Counted from the first letter of the stretch, positions 30,663-40,944 are shown. The stretch is DNA of 64,000 nt from Flavobacteriales bacterium UBA952 (GCA_002293185.1 DBCS01000002.1:152645-216644); one strand, 5' to 3'. Translations and numbers: made by a program. Notes: a model not told the origin generated them from the sequence alone.

Positions 30663-32126
30663 ATGCCTTTCCTTATGCACCGCCTTCTATTGCTCTTTCT
30701 TCCTTTTTGGCTTTCTGCACAAGTATCCCAACAATCTTCAGTACAAGCGAGCTTATTGAAGCTTGTCAATGACCCCCAACTCAAAGGAACCAAATGGAGT
30801 GTTTGTGCCGTGGATCTGCAAACCGGAGACACGATCGCCGCTTACAAGGCAACTCAGCAACTACCTGGCGCCTCCATTACTAAATTGGTGAGTTCGTCAG
30901 CAGCTCTTGCTGTTCTTGGGACTGAGCATCGTGCAAATACGCTGCTCAATGTGGAAGGTGTAGTCCAATCAAACGGAGTATTAACAGGTCATGTGAGAAT
31001 TGTTGGTTTTGGCGATGTCTCATTAGGCTCTAAGTATTTTAATGCATCTGGGACCGAGCTTCAATTTTTACATGAATGGGCCCAATTATTAAAGCAAAAT
31101 GGGGTTAAAGTTATTACCGGTGATATCATTGCAGATGCCACGGGCTTTGGGGTCAATCAATGCCCTTTAGGTTGGGAGCAGGTAGATATGGGTAATTATT
31201 ATGGTTGCGGTGCTTTTGGACTCAATTTTTATGATAATACATTGAAACTTTCTTTTCAAACAGGCGCCGTCGGCACAGCTGTTCGCTTGAAACAAATTTC
31301 CCCGTACGATTCCAAATATAAGCTTGGCATAGAGGCCAAAGCCGCTGATATCTCTACTGATAAAAGTTATATTTACGGTCAGCCTTATCAGGACCTCAGG
31401 ACCATCAAAGGGCGCTTGCCTGCCAATCGAGATAATTTTGTAGTGAAAGCGAGTATGCCCGATCCAGAACGCCTTCTTGCCGAACAATTTTGTCAGGTAC
31501 TCAAGGCAGAGGGCATACAAGTTCAAGGTGCTGCTGTTTCTGCTAGAACAAGGCCTAACAATACAGATACCCTGAAATTGGCGTATAAGCCACTCTTTGT
31601 TCAGCAAGGAAAGACGCTTAGTGAAATTATTTATTGGACCAATCAGCAGAGCGTTAATTTATTTGCTGAAGGAAATTTATTGCAATTGGGTTTGCACCGT
31701 TTTGGAACAGGGACTTATGAAAATAGTTTAATTGTCTTGGACAGTATTTTGCTTTCATGGCAAATAGGCCCTTGCCGTATTGTAGATGGGAGTGGTCTAT
31801 CAAAGAACAATCGAATGAGTGCTTCTCAATTTGTACAGCTACTGAGCAAACAAGTAGCTGCACCTTATTTTGCTGCTTTCTACCGAAGTATTCCTATGTT
31901 TGGGGTTTCAGGCACGGTAAGTTATCTTTGTAACGGACAAGAAGGACAGGGCAAAATTCATGCAAAAAGCGGGAGTCTAGATAGCGTGAAGTCTTTTGCT
32001 GGCTATGTCGATTCAAAAAGCGGGCATCAAATTGCTTTTGCAATAATTGCCAATGATTTTCCAATTGGGGGGTATCAATTGGCAAAAAAAATGGAACCAT
32101 TTTTCAATAGTTTGGCTACATATTGA
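30663..32126 (+). CDS. dacB: D-alanyl-D-alanine carboxypeptidase/endopeptidase (PBP4, peptidase S13)
   Basis: Signal peptide MPFLMHRLLLLFLPFWLSAQ. Motifs SITK, DGSGLS and KSG occur in order. The ORF-track start 30636 is a TTG. Confidence 0.85.
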   Translation: MPFLMHRLLLLFLPFWLSAQVSQQSSVQASLLKLVNDPQLKGTKWSVCAVDLQTGDTIAAYKATQQLPGASITKLVSSSAALAVLGTEHRANTLLNVEGVVQSNGVLTGHVRIVGFGDVSLGSKYFNASGTELQFLHEWAQLLKQNGVKVITGDIIADATGFGVNQCPLGWEQVDMGNYYGCGAFGLNFYDNTLKLSFQTGAVGTAVRLKQISPYDSKYKLGIEAKAADISTDKSYIYGQPYQDLRTIKGRLPANRDNFVVKASMPDPERLLAEQFCQVLKAEGIQVQGAAVSARTRPNNTDTLKLAYKPLFVQQGKTLSEIIYWTNQQSVNLFAEGNLLQLGLHRFGTGTYENSLIVLDSILLSWQIGPCRIVDGSGLSKNNRMSASQFVQLLSKQVAAPYFAAFYRSIPMFGVSGTVSYLCNGQEGQGKIHAKSGSLDSVKSFAGYVDSKSGHQIAFAIIANDFPIGGYQLAKKMEPFFNSLATY

Positions 32127-33033
32127 GCTCAACCTTAATGATTTCCTTCCAAAAATCTTGGATACGCATACCAGCAACACCAAGCATTTGCGGAACAATA
32201 CTTGCCGGAGAAAACCCAGGCGTTGTATTGACCTCGATAACGAACGGTTTGTTTTGAACGAGCATAAAATCAATTCTAGCGATGGCTCGTAATCCGAGAA
32301 GTTCATATATTTTTTTGGCCTGATCTTGCACATCTTCAGCAATTTGCTGGGCTACCCGGGCCGGGGTAATTTCTTTTGATTTGCCATCATATTTGGCAGC
32401 ATAGTCAAAAAATTCGGTTTCGGAAACAATTTCGGTAAGGGGTAGGGCAACAAGTCCACTTGTACTTCTAAAAACACCACAAGTGACCTCAATACCATCC
32501 AAAAATGATTCTACCACTACAGTTCGGCCTTCTTTAAAGGCGCTTTCAAAAGCGATTTGAACGCCATCTACTGACTTAACTTTAGAAATCCCAAAGCTAG
32601 ATCCGGAATCTGATGGCTTTACAAAAAGAGGAAGCCCAAGCTCCTTTGTCAAGGAGGCTGCATCAATTTGATCTCCAAAATGAAATAATTTTGATTGGGC
32701 AACTTCAAAACCAAAGCCTTTCAGAAACTGGTTGCAATACCATTTATCAAAAGAGAGGGCACTTGCCAAAACGCCCGAATTGATGTAAGGTATTTGAAGC
32801 ATGTCCAAATAGGCTTGAATGCGGCCATTTTCGCCGGGATCTCCATGGGTATAGATAATGGCAGCAGCAATATTTTCTTCTAATTGAAGGCGATCTTGCC
32901 AGTTTTCTCGTGAAATTTCAATCAGAATGCAAGTTAAGTGGTCAGGGAAATTTTTTTGAATAGTTTGTGCACTCTTTACAGAGATATGGTATTCGGAGGA
33001 GAATCCTCCGCAAATGAGTCCGATGCGCTTCAT
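32116..33033 (-). CDS. ddl: D-alanine--D-alanine ligase
   Basis: ATP-grasp enzyme with N-terminus GLICGGFSSEYHISVKSA and later EVNTTPG. 305 aa. It converges on dacB and overlaps its end by 11 nt. Confidence 0.9.
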   Translation of the reverse strand: MKRIGLICGGFSSEYHISVKSAQTIQKNFPDHLTCILIEISRENWQDRLQLEENIAAAIIYTHGDPGENGRIQAYLDMLQIPYINSGVLASALSFDKWYCNQFLKGFGFEVAQSKLFHFGDQIDAASLTKELGLPLFVKPSDSGSSFGISKVKSVDGVQIAFESAFKEGRTVVVESFLDGIEVTCGVFRSTSGLVALPLTEIVSETEFFDYAAKYDGKSKEITPARVAQQIAEDVQDQAKKIYELLGLRAIARIDFMLVQNKPFVIEVNTTPGFSPASIVPQMLGVAGMRIQDFWKEIIKVELNM

Positions 33034-33048
33034 GCGTTTATTTTAAGA

Positions 33049-33075
33049 CGAAATTATCTAAAATTGGTAATTTCG
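33049..33075. repeat. inverted repeat CGAAATTA-11 nt-TAATTTCG in the ddl / acyltransferase divergent promoter region
   Basis: Each arm reads TAATTTCG on its own coding strand, a one-mismatch -7 box. The left arm is 15 nt from ddl ATG 33033. The right arm is 4 nt from ATG 33080. Confidence 0.35.
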
Positions 33076-33079
33076 CACC

Positions 33080-34396
33080 ATGAGGCCCTTGTATTTTATT
33101 TTTTGGTTCGCCCTAGGTTTTAGTTTTCGCTTGTTTTTTCGACGTGTAAAACAAGTGCGCCCGAGCAACAAACGCTTTGGCAGAACCATTTTTGTAAGTA
33201 ATCATCCTTCGGCATTTCTAGACCCACTGGTGATTTCTCGTTTGCGAAAGCCGGTTGTTTTCTTTATGACGCGCTCAGATGTATTCAATCGCTTTACTCG
33301 GCCTATTTTTTGGTTGGCCCATATGTTGCCGATCTATCGCCAACAAGATGGCGGAAATTCACAAGAAAAAAATAAAGCGGTTTTCAAAAAAGCAACCCAA
33401 GCATTGGCACGCAACCGTAATTTGCTGCTTTTTGGCGAAGGCATTACAGACGACGTATTCGAACGTAGGCTCAAGCCTATCAAGAAAGGTGCTATTCGCA
33501 TTGGCTTTACTGCCTTGGAAGACCTCGATTGGAGCGTTCAGATAGAAGTACAAGGCTTGGGCATCAATTACACAGACCCGGGCGTACTGCGCAGCGCCGT
33601 CCTCATTTCGGCAGCTGAGCCAATTGTGCTCAATAACTACAAAGAGGCTTACCTAGAAAATCCAAGTAAGGTAATTTCCGAACTCAATCGGGAGTTAGAA
33701 ATCCGCATGCAAGGTCAAATTACGCATTTGAATGCTGACCACCATGTATTGTTACACGAACAAATCATGATGCTCAATCGCAAAGGTATGCACGTCTCTT
33801 GCTATGATCCGAATATTTCTCTTGAAGATCGTTGGGATTATTCGCGTCAGCTTGCCGCGCAAATGAATGGACTCAATGAATCGGCAAATCAACAACTCAT
33901 CAACTTTTCAAACGATACGCTAAGCCCATATTTGAAGCAGTTGGCGCAAATCGGATTGTCAGAAGCCGAACTCTATTGGTTTGCCTTAGAACGGAATTGG
34001 AAAGTCCGCACAATTATGCTTGCATTGATTCAATTGCCATTCTTTTTATTTGGACTTATTCACGTGGCCATTCCGCACATCTTAATAAAGCGTTTTGTCG
34101 AAAGTAAGTTTGAGCGCAAAGTATTTTGGTCCTCGACAAAATTGGGGATGCTTTTAGTATTGTTGCCAATTTGGAATATTTTGGTTTTTGTGGCTTTATC
34201 TTCTTTGATACACGAAAAATGGTATTTCTGGCTTATTTATTTTGTTTCATTGAATTTTGTGGCTTTGGCTTATTATTTATTTATCAAAAACACTACTCTT
34301 TTAAGTAAATCGTTACGATATAACGCACAAAGTCTGCAAACAATTGTTGCAGAACGCAAAAGGGTGCTTGAACAATTAGAAAAACTTCAATTCTAA
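33080..34396 (+). CDS. PlsC-family lysophospholipid acyltransferase with a C-terminal polytopic membrane extension
   Basis: The HX4D block appears as NHPSAFLDP, followed by the FGEGITDD block. The last ~130 aa carry three to four TM helices. Confidence 0.75.
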   Translation: MRPLYFIFWFALGFSFRLFFRRVKQVRPSNKRFGRTIFVSNHPSAFLDPLVISRLRKPVVFFMTRSDVFNRFTRPIFWLAHMLPIYRQQDGGNSQEKNKAVFKKATQALARNRNLLLFGEGITDDVFERRLKPIKKGAIRIGFTALEDLDWSVQIEVQGLGINYTDPGVLRSAVLISAAEPIVLNNYKEAYLENPSKVISELNRELEIRMQGQITHLNADHHVLLHEQIMMLNRKGMHVSCYDPNISLEDRWDYSRQLAAQMNGLNESANQQLINFSNDTLSPYLKQLAQIGLSEAELYWFALERNWKVRTIMLALIQLPFFLFGLIHVAIPHILIKRFVESKFERKVFWSSTKLGMLLVLLPIWNILVFVALSSLIHEKWYFWLIYFVSLNFVALAYYLFIKNTTLLSKSLRYNAQSLQTIVAERKRVLEQLEKLQF

Positions 34397-35256
34397 TGGA
34401 AGATACAATTCGAATTAAAAAACCAAAATGGCTTCGCGTCAAATTACCTACAGGCGAAAATTACCGCAAGGTGAGGGGGCTCGTTGATGAGCACAAACTC
34501 CATACAATTTGTGAAAGTGGAAGCTGTCCAAATATGGGGGAGTGCTGGGGTGAAGGTACGGCAACATTTATGATTCTAGGTAATGTTTGTACGCGTTCTT
34601 GTGGATTCTGCGGCGTGCAAACCGGAAAGCCTGAGCCGGTTGATATTTTTGAACCTGGCAAGGTCGCGAATTCGGTTAAAATTATGGGGGTCAAGCACGC
34701 AGTCATTACTTCTGTTGATCGGGACGATCTCAAAGACGGCGGTGCTGACATCTGGGCGCAAACCGTAAGAGCTATCAGGCAGCAATCTCCGGGTACCACA
34801 TTAGAAACCCTCATACCTGATTTTGCGGGTAATTGGTCAAATCTTCAAGTGCTTATTGATATTGCACCTGAAATTGTTTCACACAACCTAGAAACGGTGA
34901 GAAGACTCACCAAGCAAGTCCGAATTCAGGCGAAATATGACCGTAGTTTAGAGGTATTGTTCCGACTGAAAAAAGGAGGAATGCGCACCAAATCAGGCGT
35001 GATGCTCGGCTTGGGAGAGACAGAACAGGAGGTGTTGGAAACAATGCAAGACCTTAGAGCGGTCCATGTAGATATTCTGACGCTTGGGCAATATTTGCAA
35101 CCCACACCCAAACATTTGCCAGTTGTCGAATTCATTGAGCCAGAAAAATTTGCTTTTTACGAACAAAAAGGCCTTGAGATGGGTTTTAGATTTGTGGAAA
35201 GTGGTCCGCTGGTTCGTTCCTCCTACCACGCCGAAAAACATCTATTCGATTTATAA
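34396..35256 (+). CDS. lipA: lipoyl synthase
   Basis: Auxiliary cluster [12 protein letters not shown] and radical-SAM cluster CTRSCGFC. The start shares one nt with the upstream stop (TAATG). Confidence 0.95.
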   Translation: MEDTIRIKKPKWLRVKLPTGENYRKVRGLVDEHKLHTICESGSCPNMGECWGEGTATFMILGNVCTRSCGFCGVQTGKPEPVDIFEPGKVANSVKIMGVKHAVITSVDRDDLKDGGADIWAQTVRAIRQQSPGTTLETLIPDFAGNWSNLQVLIDIAPEIVSHNLETVRRLTKQVRIQAKYDRSLEVLFRLKKGGMRTKSGVMLGLGETEQEVLETMQDLRAVHVDILTLGQYLQPTPKHLPVVEFIEPEKFAFYEQKGLEMGFRFVESGPLVRSSYHAEKHLFDL

Positions 35257-35346
35257 AATATCTGAAAGCTTGCCCAACAAAATTTAATGACAAAAATTGT
35301 GTAAATGCTAAGCTTCTTCGTCTATTATTAACAGAATATTTCTTAA

Positions 35347-35379
35347 TTTGGCACATTGTTTATGCACTATTAATATTTG
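35347..35379 (+). promoter_or_regulatory. candidate promoter: -33 TTTG, 21-nt spacer, -7 box aATATTTG
   Basis: TTTG lies at 35347..35350 and AATATTTG at 35372..35379 (one mismatch to TAnnTTTG). A 4-nt spacer (cagt) separates the box from ATG 35384. Confidence 0.35.
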
Positions 35380-35383
35380 CAGT

Positions 35384-38305
35384 ATGAATAAAAAGGTTTA
35401 TGTATTTGGTTCTCTGATAGTTACAGGTGTTTTTGCACTTGCTTTTGTTGCCTTCCAATTCCTTCCAAAATCGGCGCTCTATCGCCAAGAAGGGTTGTCA
35501 GCTCTTCAAGAAGGTCGTGCAACCGACGCTATAGCTTGGTTAAAAGCGCGTTATATTGATGTCAATACAGGCGAGCCTGTTTCTGATGCTGTGCTTGCGC
35601 AGATTGAAGCAGACATACGCAAGAAGGGGATGTCCAAATCCATCGTTTTTGAATCTATGGGCCCTGATAACATTGGTGGTCGTACCCGTGCTATATGCGT
35701 AGATCGCAGTAATATCAACCGTGTTTGGGCGGGTGGTGTTTCGGGCGGTTTATTTGTTTCTAACAACAAAGGAAACTTTTGGGAACGTGTTCTTCCCTAC
35801 TTTGAAGCAGGTGGTAACCCATTTATTTCGAGCATGACCATGACTCCAGACAACACCCTTTACGTTGCTACTGGATCTAATGACGAAGGATGGGGTGGTA
35901 ACGGCGTTTGGTATTCTACAGACTTCGGAAGTACCTTCGATAAAATCCCAGGAACTACGAGCGCTACAGAAATCGCCAGCTCAAATGCAGATAATTACGT
36001 ATGGTTGGCAACGGCCTCAGGTCTTAAAAAATGGAAAGTTGGCGACGCTGCTCTCACCAGCGTACCTGCCTCTTCTGGAGGTTGTTTTGCACTTCAAGTT
36101 TCTACCAATGGTCAAGTTATTGTTGCGGCATACGGCGCCAACAAAACCTTCATCTCTAATGATGGTGGTAATAATTTCGTCGATAAGTCAGGAACGAATG
36201 CGAATAATTTGGTTCCAACGGGTGCCTCGCGTATTGAATACGCCATTTCTCCAACCTTAAATGACAATGGCGCACATACGATTTATGCAACCCGTACCAA
36301 CTCAAGTTTAATGTCCATGCACGTTTCTCACGATAACGGCGAAACTTGGAATCAATTTGTCGGTGCTTCTGGTCCTCCAAACGAATTTGATATCTATCGT
36401 AACCAAGGTACTTACAACAGCATCCTCTCTGTAGACCCAACTGACTCAGAGCGTCTATTGATAGGTGGTATTGACGTTTGGGAATGGAAACAAACCGTTA
36501 ACAATCCGCCCTCAGGTGGGTTTGAGAAAATTTCTCTTTGGTTTGTGAACCCAAGCTCACCCACCTACGTACATGCTGACAACCACGAAATGAAATGGGA
36601 CAACAACAACCGTTTATACCTAGGTAATGACGGAGGTGTTGGTATTACCGTCGATAAAGGTGCCAATTGGTACCCTGCTAATCGCGGCTACAACGTGACT
36701 CAATTCTACGGAATCGCATACGATGCAGCCGGACGCGTCATGGGTGGCACCCAAGACAACGGTACGCTTTACAACGACTTCTCCCTATCAACATACCATG
36801 AGTTCCGCGAGGTAAATGGTGGTGATGGTTTCGAATGTGAGATATCGTTCTTTAATCCGAACGTCATGATCTCCTCGATTTACTACAACACCATTTCTCG
36901 TTCCGGAGACCGCGGTGTCAACTGGACTAACTTTAGCCCTAACCTCCCTGGAACATATGACCCACCAGGTACGGACGGAAGCCCCTATCATCCTTTCCAT
37001 ACAGAACTCTTCTTAGCAGAGTATTTCGATCCTAATTCCGAAGACTCGGTAACTTACATACCCAAGAAAAACTATGCCGCAGGCGCTATGCTTCGCATTC
37101 CTTCTTTGGCCTCTGGAGATACCATTACTATTGCTACGCCAACGGCTCTTTATTTTGATGATACACTCTATTATGATCCATCTTTAACCGTGAACAATGT
37201 CAATTTTGGCATTAATACCGCAACCGGGGAAACCGTAGAAATGGGTTCTGATACCGTATTTTTCAATGTCGCTTGGGATACACTTCGCGTTGCCGACCCT
37301 TACCAATCTTGGTTTTTAGTTTATGTAAATGCAAATGGTGGTGAATTGTGGGGAACGCGAAACGCCGGTCGTTTTTCAGTAACGAATCCTGGATGGCTTT
37401 GTGTGGCTAGAGGTTTTGGAGGTGGTACTTTCAATTCTGTAGATGTCGAGTTTTCACGCGATCTCAATCATTGTTACATCAGTTCAGGCAACGGTGTATG
37501 GCGTTTAGATGGCCTCGGTGACATCTACACCAGTGACCCAGATTTCGCCTCCAAAGCAGGCTATGTAACCCAAGGCCCCAACACAACACCTCCGTCTGGT
37601 ACTACCCTTACCAAGATTACCAATACTTCTTATGAAGGTATCGCCATCAATCCGAACAATGCCAATGATCTCGTTTGTTTTGCAGGATTCAATGGTACAA
37701 ATAAACGAACAAACAATGCAACTGCAAGTAGTCCTTCATTTACAAACCTCGGAGCCATTGTTTCCGGTATTGCTACATACGACGGTATCATCGATCGCAA
37801 CGATCCAGATATTCTAGTGGTAGGAACCTCTAATGGTGCATGGGTTTCCGAAAATGGTGGTGCAACTTGGGCTAACGCTTCTACTGGTTTTGAAGGCACA
37901 CCTGTTTACGAAGTACTCCAAAGCTGGCGCTCCTTCGACGAAGGAAACAGCAGACCAGGCGAAATCTACTTAGGTACATACGGACGTGGTATTTGGAGAA
38001 CTACGCAATTCCTCGGAACAAATAATCCTTCGGGCTCACCTGCTGGTCAGTTCAAAACGAAGTTGCGTACTTACCCGAACCCAACCCGAGATAACACAAC
38101 GTTGGCTTTTGAATTAGCACAGAGTGGAAAAGTAGAGGTTCAGGTGTACTCCATTACTGGTCGTTTGGTTTGGTCTAAGATTGCCCAAATGTCTGATGGC
38201 ACACAAGAAATCAGCATTGACGGGTCTGATTTACCAACCGGCACCTACATCGTGAAGTTCAGTTCAGGTAAACAGTCTGATACAGCTAAGTTTATTAAAA
38301 TGTAA
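35384..38305 (+). CDS. large secreted BNR/sortilin-like repeat protein with T9SS type-A C-terminal sorting domain
   Basis: N-terminal signal anchor MNKKVYVFGSLIVTGVFALAFVAF. Asp-box-like strings STDFGSTF, SNDGGNNF, SHDNGETW, SGDRGVNW and SENGGATW. C-terminal domain YPNPTRDNTTLAFEL..GTYIVKFSSG..KFIKM. Confidence 0.8.
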   Translation: MNKKVYVFGSLIVTGVFALAFVAFQFLPKSALYRQEGLSALQEGRATDAIAWLKARYIDVNTGEPVSDAVLAQIEADIRKKGMSKSIVFESMGPDNIGGRTRAICVDRSNINRVWAGGVSGGLFVSNNKGNFWERVLPYFEAGGNPFISSMTMTPDNTLYVATGSNDEGWGGNGVWYSTDFGSTFDKIPGTTSATEIASSNADNYVWLATASGLKKWKVGDAALTSVPASSGGCFALQVSTNGQVIVAAYGANKTFISNDGGNNFVDKSGTNANNLVPTGASRIEYAISPTLNDNGAHTIYATRTNSSLMSMHVSHDNGETWNQFVGASGPPNEFDIYRNQGTYNSILSVDPTDSERLLIGGIDVWEWKQTVNNPPSGGFEKISLWFVNPSSPTYVHADNHEMKWDNNNRLYLGNDGGVGITVDKGANWYPANRGYNVTQFYGIAYDAAGRVMGGTQDNGTLYNDFSLSTYHEFREVNGGDGFECEISFFNPNVMISSIYYNTISRSGDRGVNWTNFSPNLPGTYDPPGTDGSPYHPFHTELFLAEYFDPNSEDSVTYIPKKNYAAGAMLRIPSLASGDTITIATPTALYFDDTLYYDPSLTVNNVNFGINTATGETVEMGSDTVFFNVAWDTLRVADPYQSWFLVYVNANGGELWGTRNAGRFSVTNPGWLCVARGFGGGTFNSVDVEFSRDLNHCYISSGNGVWRLDGLGDIYTSDPDFASKAGYVTQGPNTTPPSGTTLTKITNTSYEGIAINPNNANDLVCFAGFNGTNKRTNNATASSPSFTNLGAIVSGIATYDGIIDRNDPDILVVGTSNGAWVSENGGATWANASTGFEGTPVYEVLQSWRSFDEGNSRPGEIYLGTYGRGIWRTTQFLGTNNPSGSPAGQFKTKLRTYPNPTRDNTTLAFELAQSGKVEVQVYSITGRLVWSKIAQMSDGTQEISIDGSDLPTGTYIVKFSSGKQSDTAKFIKM

Positions 38306-38324
38306 GCTTTTGCAATAGAATTAG

Positions 38325-38351
38325 AAAAGGAGACTTCGGTCTCCTTTTTTT
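38325..38351 (+). terminator. Rho-independent terminator
   Basis: aaaaGGAGAC-ttcg-GTCTCCttttttt. A 6-bp GC-rich stem that A/T pairs can extend, a TTCG tetraloop and a T7 run, 20 nt after the stop at 38305. Confidence 0.85.
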
Positions 38352-38397
38352 GTGTCAAATTTTTACGTTATGTGTCCCGCTGCAAATTGCTGGCGAA

Positions 38398-38955
38398 TTA
38401 ACCGAGCACAAGACCCGCAAAATTAGAGAGCAGCACATGTCCGTAATTACCTGATACTTCCGGATGAAACTGCACCCCATATTGGGGCAACAACTTGTGT
38501 TTCATGGCTTCATTGATACAGGCGTCTGAGCAAGCCAGTAGCTCAAAACCGCTAGGAACTGAAATGTGTTCACAATGGTCCTCTTGCATTTCAAAAATGT
38601 CAGGTAGGCGCTCAAATAAAATATCATCTTTAATGACTTCAATTTCTTGCATGCTTCTATCTTCGCGCATTCTAGAGACCCTTGCGCCATTGAGTAAGCC
38701 CAGTATTTGATGTCCAAAACAAATACCAAGTAAAGGTTTAGGGTAGGTCTTGATCCAGGAAAGGTGCGTTAAATAGGGTGTAGGATCAATATCGGTAAGT
38801 AAAATAGGTGCACCTGAAATAACAACACCACTAAAATTACCCAATTGAGCAGCCTCGAAATCATATAAACCTATGGTTTGTACATCGATATATTCATCGA
38901 GTTGAGCAGCTATTGCTGGTGTTTTGTTACTTCCACAATCGAGTAGTGCGATCAT
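38398..38955 (-). CDS. stand-alone class-I glutamine amidotransferase
   Basis: Nucleophile elbow GICFGHQ and C-terminal FHPE triad residues. 185 aa with no fused synthase domain. ATGA overlap with the upstream gene. Confidence 0.8.
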   Translation of the reverse strand: MIALLDCGSNKTPAIAAQLDEYIDVQTIGLYDFEAAQLGNFSGVVISGAPILLTDIDPTPYLTHLSWIKTYPKPLLGICFGHQILGLLNGARVSRMREDRSMQEIEVIKDDILFERLPDIFEMQEDHCEHISVPSGFELLACSDACINEAMKHKLLPQYGVQFHPEVSGNYGHVLLSNFAGLVLG

Positions 38956-40070
38956 TCATTGGGCTTATAAAACACGCAGCTCACCGCTCTGTGATCGCTG
39001 CGTGTGTGTTTTTGAATTTGAAAACGGGTAGCACGAAGCTGAGGACTGTAAAAAAGATAATCTATTCTGCCTGCGGGAAGGCGACCGACGTAAGTACTTC
39101 CCAGACCGAAACCGCTACCTCTAAAGGCGTCGAGCAAAAGCAGTTGAAATTGGTTATAGGTATAGGACATCGGGGTATCATTGAAATCTCCACAGACAAT
39201 TACAGGATACGGTGAGGTTTGAAGGTGTTCAACAACTCTTCTTGCTTGTTCAGCTCGCTTTTCAAATGCTCCTCTCAATTTGCGGTATACTGCAATGGCT
39301 CCTTTTTTACTTCCATAGGTTTGTACTTCCTTGCCTTCGAGATTTGGATCAGTATTTAGTCGTATGGACTGCAAGTGAACGTTATAGACCCTAAACGTAT
39401 CTGTTCCTTTAACAATATCGGCAAAAATGCAATAATTAAAGTCTTGTAAGCCTTGTGATTCGAACATTACATCTCCTCTTGCTATCATCGGGTACTTAGA
39501 AAATAAGGCAATACCGTAATTTTCTCTGGTACGCCTTTTATGCGCACTCCGCTCGTGGTAGTCTTTTGTACTCATGATGTGATTGAGAGAATCCATTACT
39601 TCAAAACGACTTGGTTTATCTTGGCGATAAAATTCTTGCAAACACAAAATATCCGGTTGTTCTTTGTCGATAAACTGAAAAATTTCGTTTCTCGCATTTA
39701 GTGCTTCTGAGAACGAAGGATTGAATAAATCGAAAAGCCTAACGTTATAGCTGAGCACTTTGAGGCCAGTCGTCGCTGTTAAATCAGGATTGCCGCTGGC
39801 TAAAGAAAAATTGCGAAAATGTAGTTTCCCACCAATCAGTATGGTAAGCAAGCAAATCACAGCCCATTTAGATCTAAAAATACCCCAAATGATCAACCAA
39901 AAAATGGTCAGTCCGAGAAAAATTGGATAACTCAGCCCAAAAAAAGGTAGTGATGGTATCGTAGATGGGTGAATAAAAGGGGCCAGATAACTTAAAAGCA
40001 GTCCGATCAGGGTAAGTGCAGTTGCTATTTTAAAGGGTGCAAAGAGCAAGGAACGCTGCTTTCTAGACAT
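38952..40070 (-). CDS. membrane-anchored endonuclease/exonuclease/phosphatase (EEP) family protein
   Basis: Three N-terminal TM helices, then EEP motifs SYNV, LCLQE, CGDFND and SDH. Confidence 0.8.
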   Translation of the reverse strand: MSRKQRSLLFAPFKIATALTLIGLLLSYLAPFIHPSTIPSLPFFGLSYPIFLGLTIFWLIIWGIFRSKWAVICLLTILIGGKLHFRNFSLASGNPDLTATTGLKVLSYNVRLFDLFNPSFSEALNARNEIFQFIDKEQPDILCLQEFYRQDKPSRFEVMDSLNHIMSTKDYHERSAHKRRTRENYGIALFSKYPMIARGDVMFESQGLQDFNYCIFADIVKGTDTFRVYNVHLQSIRLNTDPNLEGKEVQTYGSKKGAIAVYRKLRGAFEKRAEQARRVVEHLQTSPYPVIVCGDFNDTPMSYTYNQFQLLLLDAFRGSGFGLGSTYVGRLPAGRIDYLFYSPQLRATRFQIQKHTRSDHRAVSCVFYKPNE

Positions 40071-40944
40071 CTTTGCTCTGTTGAAATAAAAAGTCCTTCT
40101 CTTCTTTAGATAGGGCGTCGTAGCCGCGCTTGGCGATTTTATCCAGAATGGTATCCAAGTGCTTTTGGCGTTCTTGTTTGTGAGCGCGGTAGTCGTCGTC
40201 AGTTAGCGGGCGTCCGCCTTTCTTCACTTTTAACTTTGGGCTCGTTTTGGATACTTTGATACCAAGCCACGGTCTAGAAAGTCGAATATGCCAAAATTGT
40301 TGGATGCTCCAGAGACCAAATAGCGCCCCACCAATGTGTGCAAAGTGTGCGATTTGATCAGATGTACCAACGGCACTGAGGTCTTTGAGGAAAAAGAAGA
40401 TGGCCAACATATAAATCCGCAACGGAAAAACACCAAAAAGTTGCACTTTTAGTTGCGGTTGTGCAATGGCTAAGGCCGTAAATATAGACATAATGGCCCC
40501 TGAAGCACCAACTACAGAGAAGGTGCTATCCTGAAGTGCTGGAAAAAGTTGATGGGCTATTATTTCTGCTAAATTACCCGCTAAACCACCAAGAATATAA
40601 AGTTGTAAAAGCCGTAAGCCTCCAAAAAAACGCTCGTAGGTTTGGCCAGCAAAATAAAGAAATAATAGATTTCCAAATAAATGCCAAATGCCAAAGTGAG
40701 CAAATAAAGAAGTCAGGAGTGTCCAAGGTTTGAGGAGCACACCAAAAGTATCTACCGGCAATGCAAACCAATAATGACTAATGTATTCATATATAGCAGC
40801 GTTTGCTGTACTAAATACTTCTAATCTTTCAAGCGCATTAATGAGCTGTATGAGTGCAAAAACACCGATGTTAACCATTACCAAACGAATGGTCATGGTG
40901 CCGCTTTTGAATTGCTCTTGGAGTTGTGCGATGAGGGGATTCAT
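40063..40944 (-). CDS. rhomboid family intramembrane serine protease (second copy, with cytoplasmic C-terminal tail)
   Basis: Motifs GASGAIMS and AHFAHIGGALFG. ATG 40944 shares one nt with the upstream TAA (TAATG). The ORF-track start 40977 remains possible. Confidence 0.8.
   Translation of the reverse strand: MNPLIAQLQEQFKSGTMTIRLVMVNIGVFALIQLINALERLEVFSTANAAIYEYISHYWFALPVDTFGVLLKPWTLLTSLFAHFGIWHLFGNLLFLYFAGQTYERFFGGLRLLQLYILGGLAGNLAEIIAHQLFPALQDSTFSVVGASGAIMSIFTALAIAQPQLKVQLFGVFPLRIYMLAIFFFLKDLSAVGTSDQIAHFAHIGGALFGLWSIQQFWHIRLSRPWLGIKVSKTSPKLKVKKGGRPLTDDDYRAHKQERQKHLDTILDKIAKRGYDALSKEEKDFLFQQSKDV

Noticed and set aside
31167-31607. 146-aa minus-strand ORF antisense to dacB.
   Set aside because: The sense frame is a continuous PBP4 homologue. 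The antisense translation is featureless.
996-31607. Four ORFs of exactly 146 aa / 441 nt (996..1436, 12750..13190, 25936..26376, 31167..31607), which looked like a possible planted or repeated element.
   Set aside because: The four translations share no sequence similarity. One is genuine tsaE and the other three are antisense artefacts. I treat the identical length as coincidence.
35262-35330. Two AAGCTT sites about 35 nt apart downstream of lipA, considered as a terminator stem.
   Set aside because: Only 6 bp can pair, across a very large loop, and there is no T-tract. It is not a credible hairpin.
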